Assembly (NCBI RefSeq): GCF_009914755.1
Contig: NC_060942.1
Origin: the human T2T-CHM13v2.0 reference genome, Homo sapiens
Strand: one strand, 5' to 3'
Length of the DNA: 64,000 bases
Below the pieces are notes generated by a model that saw only the letters and a list, made by a program, of their open reading frames with translations, made no database searches and was not told where the DNA came from. Below are positions 1 to 15,584 of this stretch, piece after piece. Every line of letters begins with the position of its first letter. Positions within the stretch are counted from its first letter, which is position 1. A program made the position numbers and the translations under genes.

Positions 1-797
1 GAAGGCTAGGACATTACTGTGCACTACTGTAGTCTTTATTAAACACCGTACACTTAGGCTGCACTAAATATGTTTTTAATTTTTTCTTCAATAATAAATT
101 AACCTTAGCTTACTGTAGCTTTTTGACTTTATAAACTTAATTTTTCTTAATTTTTTGACTTGTAATAACAGCTTAAAACACAGGTTGTACAGCTGTACAA
201 AAATATTCTATAAGCTTTTTTCTTTTCTTTTTTTTTAGCTTTTTAATATTTTTTTTTTTGTTAAAAGCTAACACACAAACACCACCTGCATTAGCCCATG
301 TAGGCCTACACAGGGTCAGGATCATCAACATCACTGTCTTCCATCTCCACATCCTGTCCCAGTGGAAGATTTTCAGGGGCAATAACATGCATGGATCTGC
401 CATCTCCTGGAATAACAGTGCCTTCTGAACACCTCCTGAGGGATCTGCCTGAGGCTGCTTTACAGTTAACCTTTTTTAATAAGTAGAAAGATTACATTCT
501 AAAATAACAATAAAAAGTACAGTAAACCCATAAACTAGTAACGTAGTTATTTTCATTATTAAGTATTATATATTGTACCTTATATTGTGTGCTATAGTGT
601 TACACCCCTGGCAGCACAGTAGTTTTGTTGATACCAGCACCATCACAAACACATGAATAATGTACTGCACTGTGACATAGAAAGGCTACAATGTCACTAG
701 ATGATTCGTGCTTGTCCAGCTCCATCATAATCTTATGAGCCCACCATCCATACCGGGTCTGTCACTGACCAAAGCCTTGTTAGGCAGTGCATTACTG
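1..797. mobile_element. Tigger3/Golem-like Tc1/mariner DNA transposon fragment (runs off window start)
   Basis: Ends in TIR-like ...gttaggcagtgcattactg followed by TA (798-799); internal sequence resembles recalled Tigger3 consensus. Confidence 0.7.
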
Positions 798-799
798 TA

Positions 800-905
800 C
801 TTCTATGAACCTCAGTGTCCTCTTCTATGAAAATGGAGTGATGTAGTACTATGTCAGGGGATTATGTGAGAATTAATTGGGATGATGTATGTAAAGATTC
901 TGAGC
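800..905. mobile_element. MIR fragment
   Basis: MIR core motif cctcagtgtcctcttctatgaaaatgg...gtgagaattaa. Confidence 0.6.
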
Positions 906-1239
906 AATTTTACATACAATCCTCAAGATCAGGGCACAATACATTTATATTTTAAATAACTAAAGATATCAATTGAAAAACTAGAGTCATAAATCAATAA
1001 AGTATAATATTGCTACTTTTCTAGCAAGTCCTAAATCAACCTAGCTATAAAATTAGTAAATAAAATTCTCTTTGATTTTCTTTTTTCAATTATTATAAAG
1101 CAAACCTCTGAGATTTCAGGGTCTAAGTTTTCCATTTATGTTTGTTGCTGTTTTTATTTCTGCCACTTTTTATGGGTTTGGTCCTTTTAACTGAAGAGAA
1201 GATAATGAGATGATCATGATTACTTAGATCTTGAACAAG

Positions 1240-1278
<39 letters not shown>
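1240..1278. repeat. (CA)n microsatellite
   Basis: Perfect CA run seen directly. Confidence 0.98.
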
Positions 1279-1279
<1 letters not shown>

Positions 1280-1493
1280 GTCTAAATTTGTTTTAAAAGT
1301 GAAAGTAAATTTGTCCTAGAAGTTAAAACATTGATAATTGTCTAGCTGAAAGTAGACAATTATCTGTCAGAGAATGTATCTACTTCTGCAGGTGATAGTA
1401 AAAGTCTAAATAAAATACTAGAATTTTACAAATAAATCGATGCTGTTTTAATCCACAAATTGGTTTCCAACTACCTATTTAGCCAAGTGATTC

Positions 1494-1796
1494 TTTTTTT
1501 TTTTTTTTTTTTTTTTTTGAGACGGAGTCTCGCTCTGTCCCCCAGGCTGGAGTGCGGTGGCACAATCTTGGCTCACCTGCAAGCTCCGCCTCCCGGGTTC
1601 ACGCCATTCTCCTGCCTCAGCCTCCCGAGTAGCTGGGACTACAGGTGCCTGCCACCACGCCCGGCTAACTTTTTGTATATATAGGAGAGACGAGGTTTCA
1701 CCATTCACAGGATGGTCTTGATCTCCTGACCTTGTGATTCAACCTCCTCGGCCTCCCAAAGTGCTGGGATTACAGGCGTGAGCCACCGTGCCTGGC
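1494..1796 (-). mobile_element. Alu (AluY-like)
   Basis: Full dimer, poly-T on + strand, TSD ccaagtgattctt on both sides. Confidence 0.95.
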
Positions 1797-1844
1797 CCCC
1801 AAGTGATTCTTAAAATGTATAAATATGAACAGTGAGCCTCATGT

Positions 1845-2350
1845 CCTAGCTACCTGTTACTATGTAGCAAGCAGCCCCAAACCCAGTGGCGTAAGCAAGA
1901 GCAAGCATTCATGGACCTCATGAATCTACATTTGGGTTGGGCTCAGAGAGACTGGCTCATTTCTGCTGCATGTGGCATCAGTAGGGGCAGCTCCTGGGGC
2001 TGAGGTCATCTGAAGACTCAGTGTTCACCTGTCTGGAGACTGACAGCAGCTGTGGGCTGGAACACCCATCCCCAAGGCCCCTCCACACAGCTGCTTGGCT
2101 CCCACCCAGAATCTGGCTGAGTTCCAAAATCAAGCATCCCAGGTGAGAGTGGGGCAGAAGCTGTTTCATCTGTTTTGACGGAGCCTCAGAAGTCATATGG
2201 CATCAATTATCTCACTCTTAATTAGCTGAGGCTGACTTACAAAGAGCCACTAAGATTCAAGGAGAGCAGCCATGGACTCAGTATTTGAAAGGGAGTGGCA
2301 AGGTTCTGGTAGGGCAAGTAGGATGGGAAACATTTTTGCCACCATTTTCG
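1845..2350 (-). mobile_element. Old MaLR LTR (MLT1-type)
   Basis: Resembles reverse MLT1 consensus; boundaries approximate. Confidence 0.55.
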
Positions 2351-2624
2351 GAAAACACTTTCTACCTCACTTACATTTCACTGAGTCAATGCAACATATT
2401 TATCTACTATGGCATTTTGCTAATGTCTTGTATCCAAATTAGAAATTAATTCATTCATTCAAAAAAAAAAAGCATGCACCGAGTCCTTGTTATGAGCTAT
2501 GCACTTTACAAGGTGATGGATATATCAACATTAATAGGCAAGATTACATGTGAAAATTGTCAGTGCCTCTGCTTAAAATAAACATTGCCTCATAACCTTG
2601 ATAATTTGTTTGAGAATGACTTAG

Positions 2625-2865
2625 AGCAGTTGTTAGAATCGAACTCAGGATCCAGATTGCCTATGTGCTAATCCTCACTCTCTTGTGTGCTCTTGTCTAT
2701 CATATGGGCAAGTTCTTGAAACTTCTCTGGGCTTCTGTCTTCTTGTCTGTAACATGAGGCTAGCAATAGATCTGCCTGGTAGGGTTGCTGTGAAGAGGAA
2801 AGGTATTAATTCATGCAATTGGTTAGTGTCTGATAGTAAGCACTCAATAAGTGTTAGCCATAATT
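2625..2865. mobile_element. MIR
   Basis: gggcaagtt...ctctgggcttctgtcttcttgtctgtaa...tagtaagcactcaataagtgttagc. Confidence 0.75.
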
Positions 2866-3826
2866 ATTATTATTTATTAAGATTAAAATGGGTTTCAAAG
2901 TTTATGACATAACAATAGGTGAAAAGGAAGAGAATTAGAAAATCAATAATGCATACAATATCACCATAACAAAGTAAAGAAAAACCTTATATGTGGAAGA
3001 AATTTTATATTGGAAAAAAACGCAGCAAAACATTTTAAGTGATGTGTTGGGAGTGGAAAGACTATAGAAAATTTTTTTCTTCTTACCTCTATATTCTCAA
3101 AATTTTTTTCACACAAAAATGAATTGCTTGTATAATATTTACATCTGCTGACCTACAACTGAAATAATAAAGCTACTTCCCATTACAAGAAAAATCATAT
3201 GTTTAAAGGTATATATCCTCCGTACTTCCAGTTCCCTTTAAAGCTGATCATATTGATCTGCGTTATACTTTGCTCTTGTCAATACAGCATACCTAGTGTT
3301 GCAGCCTATAGAGAAAAGAAAGAAAAATGGCTTCAAACTTAATGACATGTTGCAGTCTGAATTACTAATACATACTCGGTCAATTCCTGATGCCCAAAAG
3401 ACCATCTGTCTCCCTTTAATGTCTCCAATAACCATCTATATGTTTTACATTTATCACTCTGGCCCTAATGCATTTGCCAAACGCATGAATATTTAAATAT
3501 CTAAAACTATTGCATCAACAGAAAATGTGACAGATTTACAGTTGGGGTTTTTTCCTTTGAGTAACCAAAGGAAAAATCTGTGCACCTACGCTAGGGACTG
3601 CAGGGAAATTCAGTTTCACCTGAAGAGATCTAAGAACCCAGATTCCAGAACTTCAGGAATAACGATAGCTGTGCTTGTCAGTGCTTACTCTGTCCTAGGC
3701 CCCAGGCTGGTGTTTGTCCTCTGTTACCTCATTTCATCCTCCTAACAGTTCTATGAGGTCTGAAATATTATTAACTCCTCCTTACAGGGGAGGAAGCTGA
3801 AGCTCACAAAAATTAAATGACTTCCC

Positions 3827-4151
<325 letters not shown>

Positions 4152-4462
4152 TCAAACATCTTTTTTCCCAGCACCAAACCTGTGCCCTGACCACTGGCCT
4201 CCTGCAGCAAGCAGCCACGCACTCACAGCAGTGCTACCACTGCAGGCTCTCGGCATTCGGGTTCACTGGGATGACAGGCAGAGTTTTAGCAATGACGCTC
4301 TAGCCTGAGCATTTCTTCACAGAAAAGTGATGGCCAGGATTCCCACCACGCTTCGCTGTCACAGAAGAGGTCACTTCCTTGGGCCTTACAAAACCGTCCT
4401 GCTGCTGTCTCTTTCTTCATAAGAGGACAAGTACATCATCCTTAAATGGGATTGGGAGTGGG

Positions 4463-4874
4463 TGGATTAGGCTGTTTTCGTGTCGTTGTAAAGGAATGTC
4501 TGAGGCTGGGTAATTTACAAAAAAAGGATGTGTAGTTGTTTCACGGTCTGCTGGCTGTACAGGAAGCATAGTGCCAGCATCTGCTTGACTTCTAGTGAGG
4601 CTTTTACTCATGGCAGAAGGCAACGAGAAAGCAGGCATGTCACATGGCGAGAGTGGGAGCAAGAGAGATATGGGGGAGGTGCCACACACTTTTAAACAAC
4701 CAGATCTCATATGAAATCAGAGTGAGAACTCACTCATCACCAAGCGGCTGGCCCAAGCCATTCATGAGGGATCTGTCCGCATGATCCGAACACCTCCCAC
4801 CAGGCCCCACCTCCAACATTGGGGGTTACATCTCAACATGAGATTTAGAGGGGACAAACATCCAAACCGTATCA
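4463..4874 (-). mobile_element. MST-type MaLR solo LTR
   Basis: Typical MST motifs; ends catccaaaccgtatca on + strand. Confidence 0.85.
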
Positions 4875-7800
4875 GTGAAGGAATGCAATTAAAGTTACAA
4901 GCCCAATGGCAAAGAATAACGGCATGAGAAATATCTTGATGCTTACATCAGCATCAAGCTCGCCAGAGAAATTCAATCCTGTAAGTCCAATTGGAGGTTC
5001 TAAGATGGTCGAAGGTGGGACCATGAGAAATGGGAGAAAACATAAATATGCACCATTTGGAATGAGAAAGCACAAATGGCTACCTACGCGGAGGGAGGCT
5101 TTTTAAAAAGCATGTGCGGCGTGAAGCTAGTAACTCTGTTGGTATTCAGCATTTTTCTAGTCTGACTTTCATAAGTACTACTTCAGCTAAAATACAAACA
5201 TTCCCTGAAGGTATAGTTTGACTTTTATTTGGGGTTTGTTTTGTTTTGTTTTGTTTTTAAGGTTGAAAGAATGAAAGAATCGGTTGTTCAAGAGCCAACC
5301 CCACCCCAGCCCCTGAAAAACAAAAAAAAAAAAGATTCATTAGATTTTCTTCTTTTCAGGAACTATCTGCTAGGGCTGAAGGCGACATTTTTCATGAAGC
5401 CACCGTGATCTCGTTGAACAACAAAATGTTATAGCCAGCAGTTACCTTGGAAGGTATCTCTGGCAAAAGCCTTATTTTCCAAAGGAGGAAACTTGGATGC
5501 ACTTTTCCAAATTCACTTAGCTAATTAGTGAAGAGCCTTTCAGAACGAATAAGTTCAACATGTTAGCTCAAACAAGCCTTTCTTGTGAGTGTTTCCCTAA
5601 AAACTCCAGTTACAATGAGCCCATTGTTCCTTCAATAAGTCGTTAACATGATTGCTGTTGAGGGATGACATGCATCCAAGGAAGAACTGCTGATCGGGCC
5701 ACTTGAGGTCACACCCACCCAAAAGAGAAGCTCACATATTCTGCTTTAATGAATCCATCCCACCAAAATTTGGAACCTGTTCCAAACAGCTGAATCTGCC
5801 ACAACCTGCCTACGTGGGTTTTAGTATTAACTATCACTGACAGTGTCCATTGAAATGATATGCATAGTATATAAAGCTTTGTTTTCTAATATATTGAGGG
5901 AATTGGAGAGCCAGTTAAATAATCAAGCACTGTAATTAACACATTTTTATTTTCATTGCCCCCAAAGTCCCTACTGACACACCTAGGAATCATAAACTCA
6001 TAGGCTGTCAGCACAGGAAGCTATCTGAGTGGTCATTGCAGCCCAGCTATCTCACTCAATGGTTCTCTGGTTTGTCTTCTTATCACATTTTCAAACATCA
6101 GAATCTTTGGTGGCACACTAGAAAGGCCCAAACAACTCACAACAACCCGAAACAGATCATCAAGAATTATGATGCTGTCATCCCAACAACATAACAATGC
6201 CCAGAAGAACAAAGCCATCATCACCTTCCCATTGGGCCACCCTTCATCCAGGGGCCACTGTTTGACCAAAACTCATTTCTGCTGCATCTCAGCTTGTCCT
6301 GACTAAACCCAAGCTCTCCTGGGCATGAGCTGGAAATGCTACTACTCGCAGCAAGCCTGCCTGACTCCACGTAATTCCCCACAACAGCTCAGCTCAAATT
6401 CCTCCCAATAGACACTACTGAAGAGTACCTCTCTGACTGGAGCAACATAAATTCATTCACAAGTGGTGTAAATCAGGCAATAGTCCTGTGAATAATCTAG
6501 GATACACCAGAGTGCCATGGCCCAGTGCTTAAGAAGCACTCCTCCACCTTAATAATAAAACATAGGGTAAAGACAGAGAACCATGAATGCACTAAGAAAT
6601 CTGAATTCTAGAATGGGTTCTTCCATTAATTAGCTATGTGACTGGAAAAGCAGTCTTTGATTTTCACACTATCAATGAGACATTTGGAAGACATACTTTC
6701 TTAGGAGTCTTCTAGTTTAAAGTTTCATGGTTCTAAGCAATATCACAGTGGTTCCCTGAATGGTGTTACCCTCTAAAACTACAGACAGTTCCTGAAAGGA
6801 GATCAATTTACATAAATAAATTGGATGACTTTTCTTTCTGCTAGGTACTAAGCCAATTCTGTCATCAAAATGTATTTAAGCCACTAGTATAGAAAAAGCT
6901 ATGCTAACTGGCCACAGAATGAAGGTTAGGAAACAGCCTAATAATACCAATTTCTTGACAGTCAGGAGGATTGGTTAAAGGCCAGATAACACATCCCTTG
7001 TTATAAACGCATCATCACATAATAATGATTTGGGTGTAAAGTAAAGTTTTTTCCCTGTGCTCTTCATCCTTCATATGAGCATAAAGCACACTTTTATTAA
7101 CATCGAGAAATGGATCATTAAATACATACACGTAACACCATGAAGCATTTTACAAACTACACCAACTGACATCGCAAATAAAAAATGAACAAATTAAGAC
7201 ATAGGAGGAAAAATAATAATTTTCATCTGTTTTAACTATATAGCAATTAAAAAGTAATAATAGTTTAAGAAAATCAAACTATCTTCCACAACTAAAAGTA
7301 TTCATTGTAATAAAAGTTAATTAGCATTTTTTATCAATAAGATAGACTTTTTTAATCCTGAATTACAAATTGAGTTTTCCATTTATTTTTTCTAGATCCC
7401 TTTAAAAATTGTATTTCTTCTCATTCAATATTAATATTTATCTTTAGACAAATGACTTAGTCACCACAAAATAGCACAGTGCCCAAGGCCATACCTATGA
7501 ATTATGAAATGGCTTCAGAGACTCTCAAAGATTCTCTGAGGTTGCCACATAAAGAAAAGACAATTGATCCAACATAAAACCACTCAAGGAAATTTCATCC
7601 AGGGCTTGAATCCCAGGACTACTGGAAGCAGTGTTATCAAAGCTCCCTGAAATACCTCAGTGAAACTCATTACATTCCGGCCTACAGAATCAGCCCATCT
7701 TTCCCACGACCTGCTCACTCCCAGGCATGGGGCAAGCTGCCCATCCCAGGTATCAGTGGGTTATCTAAGGGTCTGCTCTGAGCTGTGCTGGAAATTCTAT

Positions 7801-7905
7801 AGGGATTCCTGTTTCAAGGCTTCTGAGTTCCCAGAATTTGGGGTTTGACATGGACACACCCTCCCACTTGCTTTAGTTCAATTTTACCAGACAGTTTGAA
7901 TTTTT

Positions 7906-8371
7906 GTAGAAGGTTGAATAATGGCCCCCAAAGGAAATCCATGCCCTGATCCCTAGAATGTGTGAATATCACCTTAAGCAGGAAAAAGGACTTTGTAATT
8001 GTGTGTAAGTTAGGATCTTGAGTTGGGAAGGTTATTCTGGATTATCCAGGTGGGCTCTAAATACACTCACGGTGTCCTTCTCATAGAGAGGCAGAGGGAG
8101 AGTTGACTCAGAAAGAGGAGAAAGCCGTGGACAATGCAGGCGGGGATTGGAGCGGGGTTGCCACGTGCCAGAGAATAGCGGCAGCCACCAGAAGCTGGAA
8201 GGGACGAGGCACACATTCTCCCTTCAGCCTTCGCGGGAGTAAGCCTCTGCTGAGATTCATTTCAGCCCCGTGACATTGATTTGGACTTCTAGATTCCAGA
8301 AACCTTAAAGCTCTTGTCATAGCCACCATGTTTGTGGTAGTTTCTTACAGCAGCCACTGGAAGCTAATACA
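7906..8371 (+). mobile_element. MLT1 (C/D-like) MaLR LTR
   Basis: Starts tgtag...aataatggccccc; ends ggaagctaataca. Confidence 0.8.
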
Positions 8372-10295
8372 ATTTTCAACTGGACTTTGCACTATTTTCC
8401 ACTGATCATGACCTCAGAAGCAAACTTGGATATGGTATTAAGCATCCCTAAAAGACCTTGTGCAGACACATCTATGCATATGGCATTAAACACCCCCAAG
8501 AGACCCTCTACAGACAATGTCTCCGCTCATGATATGAAAAGCCTGTCAGAGACCCTCTGCAGACAATCTCTATGCTTGTTGTTCCAAGAACCACTCTCAT
8601 AACTTTTTTTTCTTGAGAGAAACATCCATTTTTGTTGATGTTAATAAGCAATTCAGCTTGCTAAACATAGGAAAATACAATTTTAGGTTCAGGTCTTAGT
8701 AATTAGTCTTCCTTTATATGCAAATACAATTAGCATTTTCATGCAAAGTAGCCAAAACTAAGGAATAAATTCTATTTTCAACCTACTGAACAGTTGTAAT
8801 TATATTTATTGTCAGTTCAGACTCAATCCCAATTATAGGTCATAGAGGAAAGTTTTCAAATAAACAATTTATCTAAAATATGATCGATTTTAGAGGATTT
8901 GGTAAAAACAAAACAACTTTCTAGAAGTGGTTCTTCTCCCTGTTAACAGTTGGATCCTATACAGGCTTTGAGATATGTGTAATTTCCGACAAATGTGGTG
9001 TTAAATAAACACTTCCATATAGAAATATAATAAGTGCAACCATTCTGAATTGGGACCGCCACGTAATGTGTTTCATTCACATCAAATTCTCATTAGGAAC
9101 ACCTGGACTCATCACTGCTGCCCCTGATTAGTGCTGCTACCTCCTGGCCACAGCCGTGCTGTCTGCCAGCCTGGAGGTGCCAAGCAGCCAGATCATCACC
9201 CCAAATCTCCAACCTCACAATGATGCCATTGGTGCATTAACTGTCCTGTAATGGAGAATTTCCCACATAAATGATTCCCACTCACCCAGACACGGAGCCA
9301 ATGAAATCTGAGGGCACAGCTGGCAAATGCCATCGTATGTGGAGAACTAACGTTGTTCACAGTGGTGAGATCGGCAAACTCAAAAGTGGTATTTTATCAT
9401 AACAAAGAAAATGTGCAAAAATCTTCACCTTTTAACATCTCAGATATGAATACAACTTTTGTTACAGGAGCAGTTTTCAAGCTATAAACTCTTAGACTCC
9501 ACAGGCCACTGCACCACCTCAGAGGCGATCACTTTGCTCATTCCCGGAAGTTGCTACAGGAACTAAGCCACATCTAGACATTGCCTAGTTATAATGATAG
9601 ATTTTGGAAAGATGGGAGACATTTATTTCCTTTTCTAACCTTTTGAGAATCTTGGAAACATTGAATCATTTCATGCAAGTTTATGTACTTTAAGCAATGA
9701 TATATCCAGGAATATTTTAAAGTAAGAGGAAGTTAAAAATGATCCAGGAATATTTTAAAGAGGAAGTTTGTATACACACACGTACACACACACATGCACA
9801 CACATGTGAGCATGTATAAATATATATAACATATATGACTATAGGTATGTATTAGATGAGACTCACAGCAGCTGTAACTTGGACCAAGCTGAAATTAAGA
9901 GCACAATAAGAACTTCTTTGTCTCACCCACTTAGATATTCATGTGGACCTATGTTTTAATCTTCCCTGGGGACATTGGTGAAGGAGGGAGGAAGCATGCA
10001 TGGGTCTTTGTGTGCCTAAGGGAGTTGAGAAAAGGAAGTCACCAGGGCAGGAGGAGCAACCAGAGCAGCCGTGGGGACTGTGACTAAGGCCGGCCTGCCC
10101 TGAACGGCCATGCGTTCTCTGACTGATGGCTGCAGGAGCCACACAACCTCCCATTTCCAGAGCCCATACACACTGTGGTCAGACCGACCCCAAAGGCACT
10201 GGAGCACACTGCCCTGAACACTGGGACAGCTTGGTGGAGGCTCAGGACCAGGCTCCAATCACAGCCAGTCTGTTGTTCTGTAGGGTGGGACAGGA

Positions 10296-10641
10296 ATGGT
10301 GCTGCGGACTGAACTGTGTCCCCAGAGATGCTGAAGCCCTAACCCCCCTGTGGCTGCATTTGGAGACAGGGCCTTCAAGACACAAGTAAGGGTGAATTAG
10401 GTGACTGGGGTCCTTATAAGGAGAAAAAGAGACACCAGGGATGCATGCACAGAGAGAAGGCCGTGTAAGGACAAGGGGAGAAGGCAAGCCAAGGAAAGAG
10501 GCCTCAGGAGAAACCAACTCTGCCAACACCAACACCTGGACGTTGGACCTCCAGCCTCCAGAACTGTGAGAAAACAAATGTCTGTTGTTTAAGCCACTCA
10601 GTCTGCAGGCCTTTGTTATGGCAGCCCCAGCAGACTAATGC
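10296..10641 (+). mobile_element. MLT1 (A/B-like) MaLR LTR
   Basis: ggactgaactgtgtcccc...ccagcctccagaactgtgagaaa...gcagactaatgca. Confidence 0.8.
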
Positions 10642-11848
10642 ATATGGGTCTCAGACACAAGACTCTGCTCAGTAACTACAACAACCCTGGAGACACACTT
10701 GACTCTATCTCAGGCTGGCAGGAGCCACCTCCATACTCTATTCTCCAGAAGCAAGGACCCAGGCCCATCCTGAGGCCTGGCACAAGATGCTACCAAGGGC
10801 ATCAGTCTGTGAAGCCTACAGACAGCTTTGTGAAGAACTGTTGCTCCAAATGAAGATTCTGGGGTCCCAGTGGCCCAGGTCTCCTGGGGAGTTAAAGAGC
10901 CACAGCCTGAGCCTGTCTCCCTCCTCACTGAGCAGCTGTGGCTGGGCTCACCCTTCCAGAGCCCTGCACAGCGAGAGCACAGCAGACAGAGGGGCCCCAG
11001 CCTGCAGAACTCCCCACTCCACAGACTGCCTTCTGCGTTTGACCACCACACCTTGACCATGCTTTAATTCGACTGTAATTTACTGGGACCATCAAGTCAT
11101 TTTCACCCTTTTCCTGTAACAGCGGCAGATACAAACATTAACAGATGGAAAAGTGTTTTCTACTTTCAATGTCCCCATGGGATAAACTGTTCACGGATGA
11201 TGTTATATGATCATGTAGACTGACTTATCAGATAAAACTCTGCTACTTACATTTTCTAGAGCGTATAATGTAACAGGAGTATTCAAGTGATCTTTATTTT
11301 CTAAATCTAACCTGAAATTTATATTAGTATCAAGAAGCAAAATGAGAGAAAATAAAATCACTTGCATAAAAAAACAGCTATCTATCCTAAAATTAAATAT
11401 ATAGAAGTCAACAATATTTCAAGGAAAAAAGACAAAACCTAATGACTTGATGTCTTTGCAGTGTTTCAGGATTTTTACTGCTAGGGTCAGATGGAGGCTG
11501 AGGGAAACCAAAAGGTAAGTCACTTCCATTTTCTGGATAGAGGTGTGCCAGAAAAACCCAGACTGTGATGGAGAAAAAGGAGGCCTAAGACCCCTTGTTG
11601 GGGAGCCAGCTGGGATGCGGGGTGCGTAGAGTCCTGGAGGAGGTGGAGGAAGAGGGAGTGCTCTTTAACAAGACCGCTCCTCTCCGTTTGGATGCACACG
11701 AAGCACTGGATTGGAGAATGGCAGAGGAGGAGGGAGAAGGAGAAGGAGAGGGGAGGGGAACACAGCCTGGCAGCCAAGGGGAGGGTCTGAGGAGAAGCAC
11801 GAGGGACACTTCGGTCTCAGAGGTCAGGATGTATTTACTCTCTGCCTA

Positions 11849-12325
<477 letters not shown>

Positions 12326-13635
12326 ACAAACAAGAGGCTTGAGATAAATTGTCTTTTTAGTTCTCTTTGTTTCAGGTCTGTGATCTCCCATCTGGAAATA
12401 ATGAGGTTTTATTCATCCTCCAAGCTTCCACCAGTGATCATGAGCTCTTCCCTCCTGGGACAGGATCTGTCTCTGAAAAGAAGAAATTATTCTTTCCAGT
12501 TTTCCCCCAAGATCTTTGAATTGCTTTCTGTAGGTCGCCAGCCCTTCCTCTTCGTGGGCCACCAGGTCATCTGCTTTGACACACCATGCCACCTGTGCTG
12601 TGCAGGTCAGCTCATATACAGGATGCTCCATTTCTGTCTTTCAACCAAGTACGGTCCTTTCTTCTGCTCTTGCCTAAGATTCTGACCTGCTCTTTCAGGT
12701 GACACTCTCAGTGTGGACGCCTCTATGATGACCTATCCAGTGGGCTTTTCCCCTCTTCTTAGCAATCTTGGGGTAGAACTGATATTTTCTCCCGGTCCTG
12801 AATGTTCAGTGCCCACTGGACCGCGCAGCTTCCTCCTGATCCCTTCTCCGTGCCATTAACTTTGTCTCCACACCCTGACCCTACATCATGTCCCCTGCCT
12901 TCTTCTCCCAGGGGAGCTGCGGGCTCTCTGCTCTTTGCAACCAGCACTGCAGCAGACACGGGACCTAACTCTCCTCACAGGCCCCAGCAATGTATGCGAA
13001 CATTCTCAGTCTTTTTTCAATTGTCCATATTGTTTTAATCTGGTTGTAGTGCTCTCACTTATGTTTTCATGGATTTAGTTTCTTCTTCCAGAATCTGGAA
13101 CTTTCTTGCCATGTCAGACTTCAGACATCAGCTGCTCCTCACCTGCATATCAAGGGTTTTTCTCTCCAGATAATTTTACTAGATTGCTGTGGCACTCGAA
13201 TCACAGACTTGGACTTGTCCAGGCTAGCAGTCATTTCTGAGTTTTCATCTCCTTCTATCACAGGATAAACTTATCAAGAGTGTCGTGTTTTGCAGAACTG
13301 TGTTGAACCACTACTGGAAGGCACCTTGTCTCCCTGTAAAAATAAAAATAAAAATAAAAATAAAAATAAAAATAAGCCGTGTTTTATTGCCTGCAAAATT
13401 CCACCTAAAAGCAAGAGAACTGCAAACAACTGAACTCCCACAACCCTTCCACCATCTCCCACTGGTACACAGGGGCAGTGAAACTTAATGCCATGTAGTT
13501 GGTACCCCTTCCATCTCCAGCATCTTTGGACAGGAAAATACTAACAATGAAAACACTACCTATAACAATCTGTAGGCTAGAGCTAACATCATTCGATAGG
13601 GAAAGGTCATACAATTTGGCACTTAAGAAAACTGA

Positions 13636-14089
<454 letters not shown>

Positions 14090-15182
14090 TTAATTATAAG
14101 GTAGACATTTTTTCTTTTGTTAACTTTTAAACAGTGAATGCTGAAACAAAACTGAAATAAGTGAAAGAAATCCAGACATAGAGGAAAATGTTTCAGAGCT
14201 CAGGTCAGGGCCAGGAAGAGAAAGGAATGGGTGGAGCCCTGCCTGAACCTCTGCTCATCCTCCCGCCCACCTCCCCATTCCCCCTCTGCACACCAAGAGA
14301 ACAGCACAGCTCCTCCTGGCCTGGCCAGCTGCCTCGTCTTCCTAGGGGCAAAAACCGGAAACTCCCCATTCTGTGTTGCCTTGAGCTCTCTCCTGCACCC
14401 CTCCACCCTCAGCCACAGCCAGTCAGTACTGGCCACTCCACCTGCAGCCTCTGGACCAGTCTTCCACAAGGGGCACAAATGGGAAGAGAAGCTCTGCAAA
14501 GCTCTCTGAGACTCGCCATCCCACCTTGTTCCTCGGTTCTGACTTCCGCCTCATTTCCCTGGGTTGTCCTTAGCGCTCCCCATCCGAGTAAATGCCCAGG
14601 CCCCAGGCCCTGCAAAAGCAAAGTGCCTGATTGTTTGTAGTCCCAGCCAAGGCCTGCGATGAACCCTGGCCAACATCGCATAAAATCTACTTTCCCACAA
14701 TTGTTCAATTTCTAATAGTCCTGTAAAATACCAGGGGAAAAAAATGGGATTTTCACTTTAGTGGACATATTTCTAAGTAGACAGCTCAAATCATGGATAA
14801 AAATGTCATTGTATGTATACAAAATGTTAAGCAAATTGTCCTGAAATACCTATATAATACCTTGTCAAAGAATTAAATTCTGATTATGTATTTATTTGGA
14901 AAGTGCAAAGAAGAAAATAATTCACAACAAATAACTCATAGATGTCTAAGTTTCTTATCTTTCTGACTGTGTTACCAAGTGGTAGGTGGAAAGGACATCA
15001 AAAATTCCCCCAAAAAATAAATATTATGGTGATAAGGCTCAAGTTTAGGTCATTGTGGCTCTGATGAAACCGAAACATCTTTTTTAGCGAACGGCGCCCT
15101 CTTATGTTATAAGCACAACATAATGTTTTCATTAACATATTTGGGTTTGCTGCTTTCTTATGAGACACTCCTATTTTGCGTG

Positions 15183-15349
15183 TTTTTTTTTTCTTTTTTA
15201 AGAGACAGTATCTTGCTTATGTTGCCGAGGCTGGAGTGTGATGGTGCATATCATAGCTCACTGTAGCCTGGAACTCCTGGGCTCAAAGCATCCTCCTGCC
15301 TCAGCCTCCTAAGTAGCTGGGACTATACACACACGCCACCACTCCCAGC
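15183..15349 (-). mobile_element. Alu monomer/fragment (FRAM or AluJ-like)
   Basis: Right-arm-only Alu sequence with poly-T. Confidence 0.8.
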
Positions 15350-15584
15350 TGCTTTGATCTTTCTTAGACAACTGTACATCAGGAAGTGCAGAGAAGTAAT
15401 GAAGCACCAGCGGCACCCCGGGTAGAGTCCCTGATGAGACGGACAGCGGGTGGCACTGGGAACCTTAGGATGCGCTAAAATACGGAGCTTCTTGAAATCG
15501 AGGCATTTAACAGAAAATAGGAGATCACTAATTGCTTTGAGGAGAGAAATACTGTGAGGAAAAGATGCTGAGAAAGATATTTCA

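Noticed and set aside
1460-1708. Recurring ORFs such as [11 protein letters not shown] / WDYRCLPP here and across the window
   Set aside because: Alu translations.
9705-9761. Repeat of tccaggaatattttaaag
   Set aside because: Trivial ~38-bp local tandem duplication.
14188-14640. 150-aa Pro/Leu-rich ORF in unique DNA
   Set aside because: No recognisable domain or splice context; overlapping ORFs in several frames reflect local GC content.
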